Origin: Gammaproteobacteria bacterium
Lineage (GTDB): Bacteria > Pseudomonadota > Gammaproteobacteria > SZUA-140
Assembly (NCBI GenBank): GCA_015491865.1
Contig: WFVD01000008.1
Span: 138,002 to 202,001, forward strand
DNA length: 64,000 bases
Reading direction: 5' to 3'
The notes under the pieces are model-generated. The model was not told the origin of the DNA and ran no database searches. It saw nothing but the letters and a program-made list of their open reading frames with translations. Made by a program: the position numbers and the translations under genes. Every line of letters starts with the position of its first letter. Position 1 is the first letter of the stretch. Below are positions 51,813 through 60,847 of this stretch, in pieces.

Positions 51813-54800
51813 TAGTCCACCAGTTTGAGGCGGGCAATACTTGTGCCGCCAACCACGCGCCGTCCCTGTTGTTTTTGCGACAGTTTGTGTTGTCTCATGG
51901 TTGCATCCATATCCGCGATTTCTCTCGCTTCCGTTATTGGAATGAGAAATATCTGCAGCCCCTGTTCTCTGAAGGATTTCACAATAAAGTGATCCCCGTC
52001 TTTTGTATCTTCCATCGTGTCACCCTTAAAAAATCGTCGGGTATTGGGTGGATTCGGTTGATCTTTCTTTTGCAGCGCCTCGGGTTGTGTAACCAGGCGG
52101 GGTTTCGGTTTCTCTCCAGGTGTTTCCGTTAATTCAAGATAAGCGTAACCATCGTATTGCAGGTATTTGTAGTGAGGCTTGTCAGGTGTGCTGTGGCGAC
52201 TATTGAATTCAATTTTCCAGGCGGTGTTTGCTGAGTCGCGCAACATTTTTACCTGCCGAATAACATTGCGATATCGGGGGTGCTGGATATTCGTTAATGC
52301 CTCTTTTGCAGTTTTTCCTGCTGCAATGCGTTTATCAAAAACACTTAGCACTAATCGGCGTGTGTCAGGACTGGCGATTTTCTCTAACTTTTTGCGCACA
52401 GCATCGGGTTTGCTTTTGTCGTCAGCCAGTGTTTCAAGATTCTGGCGCAGTGTAAGTTGCTGTTTGGGATCAGCATTGGGGTCTTTGTCATTTTCCACCC
52501 AGGTGACGCCATAAGCAGTGCCTTTGAACAATGACCCACCTATATGCCGCTCTGGTTTGTGGACGATGTGATGTTCACGTGTCATCTCAAGCGCCTGAGT
52601 ACGAATATCTTTTAATGGGGGATTGATGGAGAGTTTCAGTTTGATGTGTTGATCCGTTTGCGCACGTTCGCTTAAGGTCTTGTAATTGTGCGCCATCTTT
52701 TGATACAGGCCGCGGGAAGTGAGGGCGATGACTAATGCGTCAATGACGTGATGCCGATGGTCGATACGTTTTTCGATCATTTTGTCGGTGCGTTGAACGC
52801 CGCTGTGATTATTGTTGTGACCTTCCCAGTAGGGTTTGTATTTTTTAAATTCTTCTTCATTAATCAGGTTTTTTTCGGTATCAAAAACGGGCAGGCCAGA
52901 CTCGTAACGAATTTCCGGGATAACGGTATTTAGCCCCCATATTTTTCTCAGGTGCGCGGTCATTGCACCGCGGCTGACCGCAACATCGGAACAGACCGTA
53001 CGCATCCACTGTGCCGCCAGTTTGGAAATCCACGAGGTTTCGTGATACTGACGATTGGTGAAATCGTCGATGATGTCACTGTTGATTTTCTCTGCTTTCC
53101 AGTCTTGCAGGGTGAGAAAACGTGCTTTGGCAAAGCGTCGTTTCTTTTCCAGCGCTTTGGCTCGTTCGGTGATAATTTTCCATTTGTTAATGTCATCACC
53201 CCCGGCTTGCCAGGGGGTGCGGTTTCCCTTTTCATCATTACAGGAACGGTGTGATAGCATGAGGTGGTCTTGTTGGCGGCCAACGCGGGTGAGGGTACGC
53301 GGAATGATATGTTCCAGATTGGTTTCGTTGCCATCCACTGCTGCGCCGAGACTGATCCTTCGTTCACAGTAGGGGCAATTGGTATCCTGTTCCTGCCACA
53401 GCCGCCAGCGGAAGATATTAGTGGAGGTTGCGGGATGGCTGTTTTTCTCCAGGTCTTCCCTGGCCTTTTTGCGTTCGCGTTGATTTTTATCTATGCCTTT
53501 TTCAATTTCACCGCGGCGTTTTAATCCCAACCCCATGTCACGACTAAGCTCGATGACCACTTCCGCAGGTGGCTCGCCACCCATGGCATCAATAGCATTG
53601 TTGACGGCGTAGCGCATTTGGCGCAGGGCAACATCAACCACGATGTTGCCGGTAGGTCAATGGGAATCAAGATGTGTGGATAGTTCAGCTTTTTCTTCAG
53701 GTTTTGGATGACAGGCTAAGATGGCGTCGTATTCATCCATGCCTCCGCGCATTTTTTCCGTGAGTTTTTTAATGCCTTGATGGAATAGGCGCTACGTCCA
53801 CTATCGAATCCCATTTTACTGAGGCGGTCAAATTTGCCGCTGGTAACCATGGCGTTAATGAAGTTCACCATGTCAGGAGAAAATTTACGTAATTCCCCAG
53901 GTTTTCCATCTTTGCCTTTACCGCGATACTGGAGATGCCAGTCTTTACGATCCACTTCCTGTGGTGACCCCAGGTCAGCAAGAAAGTTGATGATGCTGAT
54001 TTGTGTGCCTTCGTTGAGTGCCAGCCATTGTTCGGCAAGCCCTAATTTTCCCACCGCTTTCAGAGTGCTGTTGCCTTTGAGTTCAGGTCGGCTGGGCCGG
54101 TCAAAATTAAGTCCGCGTTTGTCTGGATTTGGGCAGCCTGCTTTATTTAGTGCCGTGTTAATTTGCAAGAAAGTTGCTTTCTCTTTTGTCGAGAGCAACT
54201 TGCGGATAACGGTTTTTTGCTCTGGTGTAAGTTGTTGGGAACGACGCCCCATGCCCCAACGCAAATCGGCAATCTGTTTTTCAATGCGAAACGCTTGTGC
54301 GGCGGGTTGACTCATGGGGGCCCGCGGCAGATTGGGTTCCAATGGACATTGCCCCACCATCGCAGTAACGGATTTCAGTGGCCGCTGGTAAAAGATAACG
54401 TCGCGGAAAACCTCTTTGAGTGGATTGTCTTTGTATCGCTCATTCAGGCCTTCGTATAGCCCATTCAGAATTGAATGAGTCACTGACTGCACTTTCCAGA
54501 TTTGTTCAAACTCGGCTTCCACCATTTCCCGGCTGACGTACAGGCCATGGGGTTTTGCTTCTTTCAGCTTGAGGGTTTCGCCGTTGTTGAAACGGTGCAG
54601 CAGGTATTGCCCAAGCCACTCACCATTCGCATCCTGCATTAGTTGTTTGAGCTGAGTGATGCCGCCTTCAACCTGGCCTTCATCGCCTTCTTTACTTAAC
54701 CTGAAAGCCTCCCGCATAACCACGCCGTTTGGACATTCGAAAAAATACCCTGGCCAGATCATCCAGCGCAATGGGTTTTGTGGTTGCTTGGCTGCGGGCC

Positions 54801-55105
54801 TCATGAAGACGTCGGCCGTTATCAGGGGTGATAGTCTGAGGGTCAATGTCGAGTAGTTCACAGATGGCCGCAAGATCATGTAAACGGCTGGCGCGGCGGT
54901 CGATCAGTCGTCGGGTACGTCGGGCCATGCCCCGGCCAGATGCCTTGGTGCTACCAATACCACCTCCGGTAGCAGCTTCTACCGGCTCCTGAAAGATATG
55001 CGCGCTGTGATAGGCGATATTTTCGGGCGTGGATTCGTTGTCCAGTGTGATACAGGCAAGACCAACCGATGCGGTGCCAAAATCAATCCCCAGTCGATAA
55101 GGCAT
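51812..55105 (-). pseudogene. cas9: Type II-C cas9, full-length footprint (about 1098 codons) but disrupted by two frameshifts and one in-frame TGA
   Basis: Three collinear ORF fragments. Fragment 55105-54692 carries RuvC-I (YRLGIDFGTASVGLA), the Arg-rich bridge helix (ARRTRRLIDRRASRL) and the RGY motif. Fragment 54879-53716 is the REC lobe. Fragment 53641-51812 carries RuvC-II (VVIELSRD), HNH (CPYCERR...LEHIIP...SCNDEKGNRTP), RuvC-III (HRHHVIDALVIA) and the PI domain. See findings for the exact lesions. Confidence 0.8.
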
Positions 55106-55167
55106 TTTTTCTCTCCATGATTTATTGTGCTTGCCATTACACCACATGGTTGCTAGGGTTTTCCTGT

Positions 55168-55251
55168 ATCAAGCATTCCGATGGTGGGGACTATCGGTAA
55201 CAAGTGTTTATCACACCGATACAGAACGGCTGCTTCGGCAGTCGTTTTTTT
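55168..55251 (+). ncRNA. Candidate tracrRNA: anti-repeat (upstream arm of the inverted repeat), then a linker and a strong intrinsic terminator
   Basis: 55168-55190 is the reverse complement of 51550-51572 (extended pairing to about 55208). The terminator at 55226-55251 has an 8-bp stem ACGGCTGC/GCAGTCGT with a UUCG tetraloop followed by T7. It lies 63 nt upstream of cas9 and is divergent from it. Confidence 0.45.
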
Positions 55252-56234
55252 ATGATTGAATATTGTGTACACCGCTTGCCGAATCAAGTTCTTTCATTGA
55301 TTTTAGGGAGTCTGATTCTGCGTGCAAATGTGTTTTTCAGCGTTGTGCTGGGTGGAATCTTTAGCTAGAATCCGGTCTGTTTGTTAATAAGTGGATTCAA
55401 TGCTTTTTACAACATACAAGGCGGCAGATGCTCTCCTGGTGGCAATCAAGCCGACCTGATGACCTTCCCATTCCATGCGGATATATTTTCCTACGAAACA
55501 CCAGTTGAATTTTGTTGTCTGAGATACCGCTAGGCGGTGAGGGGCATCGATGAGATTATCGACCCTTCTTTGAATAAATACCGGTAAACAGTCGCTAAAA
55601 AATGATGGCGTGCCAGGATGGCAGAAGGCAATTTGATGCGGTTATTTTAGGGCTGCCTTATACTGCAATTCATTGGTAGCAGATCTGGTGGTGAAATATG
55701 GGCGAGCTATATTGATCTCACCGATTGCTCTGAACCGATTTTGAAATACGAGTATGAACGGCAGTTAAATACCCATCTAAGTTAGTCAATAATAACCATA
55801 TAAAAAGTAGTTGATTTATAGTGGGTGATCCTCTAGACTCTTTATCGCACGACAGACATTCCATGCATCTCCTCCTCTCTCGGGGTCGAGTGATTCGGCC
55901 CCGGGCGGTGCAAGGGATGGTGATTGACCGGCACTCCCGGCTGTGATGAGCATCAGGTTATTGGTTATGGATTATCGATGCCTGGGCTTTACCCCCCCTG
56001 CGCAGCCGGGATGTGTCAAATTTCTACGGTTAACTATAAAACACTAATCCCCGCCTGTATTTTTGTTGCCTTCCCTCTTTGTGAGCAATGCGCGATGGAC
56101 TGGAGCGCCAGGTTCTTCAGGGCGGCAACCTCGACGTGAGATGAATCAATGAGTTAAGTGATGATGTCGCTGCTTCACGCCTCGTCATGAGAATAAATCA
56201 GAGGTTGCTTAGTAACGTAGCTGACGCTCAGATG

Positions 56235-56268
56235 AAAAAAAACGCCACTCTGAAATCAGAGTGGCGTT
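56235..56268 (-). terminator. Rho-independent terminator of prk
   Basis: On the minus strand a 10-12-bp perfect stem (ACGCCACTCTGA / TCAGAGTGGCGT) is followed by U8. Confidence 0.65.
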
Positions 56269-56311
56269 TGAGCAGATCACATTAAAACACTCGCCTGAAA
56301 AGCGGTGGCTA

Positions 56312-57181
56312 TTATGCGCTGCGTTTATTTTCCATCAGTTCATGCACCACTGGATTGAGGATGACCTCCATTGCCAGTCCCATTTTGCCGCCAGGCAGTA
56401 CGATGGTGTTGGGGCGAGACATCCACGAATCTTTTAGCATCGAGAGGTAGTAGGGGAGGTCGTGTTTCTCTGGGTGTCTGAAGCGGATCACGATCAGGCT
56501 CTCATCAGGTGTTGGAATATCACGTGAAATAAAAGGGTTAGAGGTATCCACCACGGGCACGCGCTGGAAGTTAATATCGGTGCGCGAGAACTGAGGGGTG
56601 ATGGTTTTAACATAGTCAGGCATGCGACGCAGGATTGTATCGGTGACCGCTTCTGCCGAGTAGCCGCGCTGTGCGGTATCACGGTGAATCTTCTGAATCC
56701 ACTCCAGATTAACAATAGGCACCACGCCGACGAGCAGGTCAACCCACCTGGCGACATCCACCTCTTCGGTGACGACGCCGCCGTGCAGCCCTTCATAAAA
56801 AAGGATATCACTACCTTCAGGGACCGGTTCCCACGGGGTGAAGGTGCCTGGCTCCTGTTTGTAAGGGGCGGCTTCGACTTCATCATGCAGGTATTTACGC
56901 ATCTGACCGGTGCCGGTTTCGCCATAGCTCCTGAAGAGCTCTTCAAGCTTGTCGAGAATATTGGCTTCAGGGCCAAAATGGCTCAGGTCTTTACCCTCTT
57001 TCGCCGCTTCAGCAACTTTTGCCTTCATTTCCATGCGATCATAGCGATGGAACGCATCGCCTTCGATTACGGCGGCGTTGATCCCTTCGCGATGGAACAT
57101 ATGCTGGAAGGCGTTTTTTACGGTAGTGGTGCCAGCACCTGATGAGCCGGTCACGACAACGACTGGATGTTTAGCAGACAT
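56312..57181 (-). CDS. prk: Phosphoribulokinase
   Basis: P-loop VVVTGSSGAGTTT and a PRK family body (...EGDAFHRYDR...). Confidence 0.9.
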   Translation of the reverse strand: MSAKHPVVVVTGSSGAGTTTVKNAFQHMFHREGINAAVIEGDAFHRYDRMEMKAKVAEAAKEGKDLSHFGPEANILDKLEELFRSYGETGTGQMRKYLHDEVEAAPYKQEPGTFTPWEPVPEGSDILFYEGLHGGVVTEEVDVARWVDLLVGVVPIVNLEWIQKIHRDTAQRGYSAEAVTDTILRRMPDYVKTITPQFSRTDINFQRVPVVDTSNPFISRDIPTPDESLIVIRFRHPEKHDLPYYLSMLKDSWMSRPNTIVLPGGKMGLAMEVILNPVVHELMENKRSA

Positions 57182-57529
57182 GTAGGTTCTCCCTTAAAGG
57201 TTATAAAGACTTTATAAATCTGTGGCTTAAAGTCACGGGTGCATGTTTGTTTCTAGTTTTTTGCAGGGCACCCGCAAGCGAAATTCTTATCGTTGTACCC
57301 GCGTAGCGCTCCTTTAAAGAGCAGATGCTACTGGATGCGTTTTTGTTATCACCGTGCGCGGGTAGCCGTGTATTGAAGCAAACGTGAGTGGATGTGGCAA
57401 GTTTTGGGGAGAAACGGGGTGAGATTGACCCCTTGCGCAGTCTCTTCAGGGAGGCTTCAAGCGCTTGTTTTGATACAAAATGAATGAGATGATCTGGCCA
57501 GGTGGTGATGTTTTAAATTTGTCGAAGGG

Positions 57530-58078
57530 GTGTTCCTGAAAATGATGATAAGGATGGGTGTTGCGGCTCTGATGCTGTTGCAGGTTCTGGCGCTTGCTGG
57601 ATGCACTTCGATCGACTCGAGGCACTCATTGATTCAAAAAGGCTCTGGTAACTACGCCGCTGTCTATTTTATTCGCCCCGATACTGAGCGCTATATGGGG
57701 GCTACCGACAACCGCATCACGATAGAACTGAACCGGGAAGAGCTACTGAAGCTGGTCAAATCAGAGTACACACTGGTACATCTGAAGCCAGGAGAGGTGG
57801 ATTTAACCATTAAATCATTGACGATTGCCGGCCCATTTCGCCAGTTCAAGGATATGGAGCGGACCAAACGTTTCGACTTCAGGGCTGGTGCTACCTATTA
57901 TATTTCGATTGAGCCGGTGGATGGCGAATTTCGTGGCACCTATTTTCAGCCGCATCTGGTTGGGCTGGCAGCGGCAAAAGAGATGAGTCGTTTTCTGCGT
58001 GCAACAGGCCCCGCACGGCAGGCACCACTTCACCCATCGGGCGAGAACCCGCGCGTCCCTTTTCTGCCTTTTATCTAA
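57530..58078 (+). CDS. Hypothetical lipoprotein
   Basis: Lipobox LALAGC after a hydrophobic signal segment. No family recognised. Confidence 0.5.
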   Translation: MFLKMMIRMGVAALMLLQVLALAGCTSIDSRHSLIQKGSGNYAAVYFIRPDTERYMGATDNRITIELNREELLKLVKSEYTLVHLKPGEVDLTIKSLTIAGPFRQFKDMERTKRFDFRAGATYYISIEPVDGEFRGTYFQPHLVGLAAAKEMSRFLRATGPARQAPLHPSGENPRVPFLPFI

Positions 58079-58120
58079 TTCTGTCGTGAAGCAGGCGGTG
58101 ACGTTATCGGGTGCAGCTGG

Positions 58121-58804
58121 ATGCATCTAGTCATTCTTCTATTGCTCCTTCTCGCGCTGCTGTTTGGTCCGCAGCTCTGGGCGCGATCGGTGCTCTCTCG
58201 TCACAGCAAGCCGCAGGATCACTTCCCCGGTAATGGCGAAGCGTTTGCGCGACACCTGCTCAATAGGGCGGGGCTGGAAAAGGTAGCGGTTGAGCAGACG
58301 GCGCTCGGTGATCACTACGATCCGGCCGATCGCTGCGTGCGCCTTAGTGAGGCTAACTTCACTGGCAAGTCACTCACCGCCGTTGCGGTTGCGGCCCATG
58401 AAGTGGGCCATGCGATTCAGCACCGCGACGACGACCCCAGGCTGGCGCTGCGTGCCAGGCTGGTGAAGGTCGCTCAGGTGACGGAGAAGATGGGGTCAAT
58501 GGCGATGTTTGCAGTGCCGGTGCTGGTCGGTTTTACGCGTGCACCGTCGGTGGGGGTGTTGATGTTTGTGGTTGGTCTGATTAGCCTTGGTGTTTCTGCG
58601 CTGGTGCATCTGGTGACGCTGCCGGTGGAGTGGGATGCCAGCTTCGGCAAGGCGATGCCGATGATTAAGGCAGGGCAGTACCTGACACAGGCCGAAGAGC
58701 TGGTAGCGAAAAAGATCCTGCGTGCCTGCGCACTCACCTATCTGGCTGCGTCGTTATCGAGCCTGCTCAATATCTGGCGCTGGATACGTTTCATCCGTCG
58801 CTGA
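58121..58804 (+). CDS. Membrane zinc metallopeptidase (HExxH, Zn_peptidase_2/PF04298-like)
   Basis: AAHEVGHAIQH motif. There is an N-terminal TM helix, and C-terminal TM helices and an amphipathic tail. About 227 aa, as in the family. Confidence 0.7.
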   Translation: MHLVILLLLLLALLFGPQLWARSVLSRHSKPQDHFPGNGEAFARHLLNRAGLEKVAVEQTALGDHYDPADRCVRLSEANFTGKSLTAVAVAAHEVGHAIQHRDDDPRLALRARLVKVAQVTEKMGSMAMFAVPVLVGFTRAPSVGVLMFVVGLISLGVSALVHLVTLPVEWDASFGKAMPMIKAGQYLTQAEELVAKKILRACALTYLAASLSSLLNIWRWIRFIRR

Positions 58805-58973
58805 ACCAGTTGCTGAACAAGGCAGTGTTGATAACTCTTAGAAGACAAAAGGCCCTTTCTGATTTATATTTCCATTTATACGAATAATAATATCGGTTGA
58901 CGATGAGGCTGGGGGAGATGGGGGAGAATCTTGCTAAGGAGCGGCGCGTGAAAGCGCGACAGACGGTGCTGGT

Positions 58974-59987
58974 ATGAAACATCATCCCTATCGCACGTTA
59001 CTGCTGTGGGCCATCTGGGCAGCGACAGCGACGGGTGTCTACTTCGGTTTCTACCAGGAGGCTGGCATCTGGGATTTTCTTGCCCAGGATAAAACACGCA
59101 TTACCTGGATCATCCTGGCTTTTTTTGTTTTTGGTCTCGTTGCCAGCTTTGAACTGAGTGTGGTGCTCACCAAAGAGTCGCTGGCGGCTCGCCGTATTGA
59201 GAGTGAAGTCAAAGATAAAGGGCTGATCGGCCTGCAGAGCCGCTCCGAGAAGCGCGCCGTGAACCGTTTTTTTCTATCACTAAAGATGGCGATGGAAGGA
59301 AACAGCAAGCCCGATACCGAAGCGCTGTTGCATGTCGAACTCGCCGGATACCAGCGCATGGGGCGCTCAATTGAGGTGGCGGGCAATCTGCTGATCACCC
59401 TGGGTCTGATCGGAACCGTGATGGGCTTAACGCTGACACTGACTGGCCTGACCAGTTCGCTTGATGCGCTTGGTCACGACCAGGAACAGCTGTTACAGGG
59501 GTTGCGTAAGGCGATGGGTGGGATGGGCACCGCTTTTTACACCACATTGCTGGGTGCCATTCTTGGCGGTGTCCTGTTGCGAGTGTTTGCCCAGATCGCC
59601 GAGCAGGGGGTGGAGGCGTTATATGACCGCATCATGCGCATCTGCCTGATTTACTGCTCGGCCGACTTTAAGCCGTCACTGGAGCGCGACATCCGTTTTC
59701 TCGATGCTGAAATGGCTTCGCTGGGTGAGCGGGTCAAGTTTCTGCAATCGGCCTTTACTGCATCACGTGGTGCGATGGAAGAGTTTCGTCAGGAAGTTGG
59801 TAATTTGCGTAGCCTGTCGCAGGAAGAACGCACCGCGCTGCTAGAGACAATCGAGATGAACCGGCAGGCCTACATGTTGATGCGACAGGAGACGCGCTTG
59901 ATGAAAAATCTTAATCGCACCTTCTGGCAGCGGTGCAAAGATGTGCTGCGCTTTAAGCCGCGCCGCACTCGCCCCCCTGAAGAGTAA
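58974..59987 (+). CDS. MotA/TolQ/ExbB family proton-channel protein with a roughly 130-aa cytoplasmic coiled-coil tail
   Basis: Family core LITLGLIGTVMGLTLTL...GMGTAFYTTLLGAILGGVLLRVFAQI. There are two N-terminal TM helices, a cytoplasmic loop, then a TM3-TM4 hairpin. Confidence 0.7.
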   Translation: MKHHPYRTLLLWAIWAATATGVYFGFYQEAGIWDFLAQDKTRITWIILAFFVFGLVASFELSVVLTKESLAARRIESEVKDKGLIGLQSRSEKRAVNRFFLSLKMAMEGNSKPDTEALLHVELAGYQRMGRSIEVAGNLLITLGLIGTVMGLTLTLTGLTSSLDALGHDQEQLLQGLRKAMGGMGTAFYTTLLGAILGGVLLRVFAQIAEQGVEALYDRIMRICLIYCSADFKPSLERDIRFLDAEMASLGERVKFLQSAFTASRGAMEEFRQEVGNLRSLSQEERTALLETIEMNRQAYMLMRQETRLMKNLNRTFWQRCKDVLRFKPRRTRPPEE

Positions 59988-60005
59988 CTACGCACTTTTG
60001 CTACC

Positions 60006-60788
60006 GTGAAAGATAGACGTAAGTTTACCTATACCAACGTCCATGAGAGTTTCTCGGATGTTGCGTTGCTGATGCTCGCCACCTTTATTTTTCTGCTGGT
60101 CACCATTCTGATCACCTCAAAAGTGGCTGAGGAAGATCAGCTACCCCGGCTAAAAGAGCAGGTGGCAAAGCTTGAAAAGCAGCTTGAATTGTCGGGTGCC
60201 GATAAAGCGCGCCTGATAGGCGAGCTTGATGAGATGGCGATTATGGATTCCGAAAGCCAGATGGATAAAATCCTCGAGCCGGCCGGGTTGGCTGAAGGGG
60301 AAGGGCGAAAAGATTTTGAGATCTTTATCGAAGGGTTAAAGAAAATTCCCGGCAAAGAGATCCACCTCGTTATCGATGCCACTGGCTCGATGCACGGCGC
60401 CTCCCACTTTCTGATTCCAGTGCTGCGTGTGATTGTCACCCGCTCGGGAAAAAACCTGGATGCGGTTACCTGGTTTTCAGATGGCATTGCAAAAACCTAT
60501 ACCGGCTCAATGGGTGAAATGTTCGACATGCTGATGCAGGGGGCACCATTCGTCGGCAACAATGAGACCATTGGTGACGCCTTCCGTCGCGCGGCAAAGA
60601 ACACCCGCGCACCGGGGGCCTATCTGTTGATTGGTGATGAGCCTTCGGATGACCAGATCTTCTATTCTCGCATTAAAAGCCCTGTCTTTACTCTGCCGCT
60701 GGGGCGTTCAAACCCACCGACACTGGCGGAGTATAAGACCTTGTCTGAGAAAACGGGTGGATTGATGTTGCAGATGCGCTTTGAGTAG
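60006..60788 (+). CDS. ExbD/TolR/MotB-like single-pass membrane protein fused to a coiled coil and a vWA (MIDAS) domain
   Basis: GTG start 19 nt after the MotA-like gene. The N-terminal 20 residues are followed by a TM helix with an Asp at its cytoplasmic edge (SDVALLMLATFIFLL, compare the TolR/ExbD LLDVLLVLL). Then comes a coiled coil, and HLVIDATGSM, which is MIDAS-like DxSxS. Confidence 0.55.
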   Translation: MKDRRKFTYTNVHESFSDVALLMLATFIFLLVTILITSKVAEEDQLPRLKEQVAKLEKQLELSGADKARLIGELDEMAIMDSESQMDKILEPAGLAEGEGRKDFEIFIEGLKKIPGKEIHLVIDATGSMHGASHFLIPVLRVIVTRSGKNLDAVTWFSDGIAKTYTGSMGEMFDMLMQGAPFVGNNETIGDAFRRAAKNTRAPGAYLLIGDEPSDDQIFYSRIKSPVFTLPLGRSNPPTLAEYKTLSEKTGGLMLQMRFE

Positions 60789-60847
60789 CGCGCAACGAAA
60801 CAACTTTGAGCGCCTGCTCGATATTTATCGTAAACGGTGATCGTTAC

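Noticed and set aside
51550-55190. The 23-bp inverted repeats interpreted as terminal inverted repeats of an IS/MITE or invertible segment
   Set aside because: No transposase or recombinase lies between them and there are no target-site duplications. One copy has the tracrRNA-like terminator architecture, and the repeat length matches CRISPR repeats. Not fully excluded without a genome-wide search for the 23-mer.
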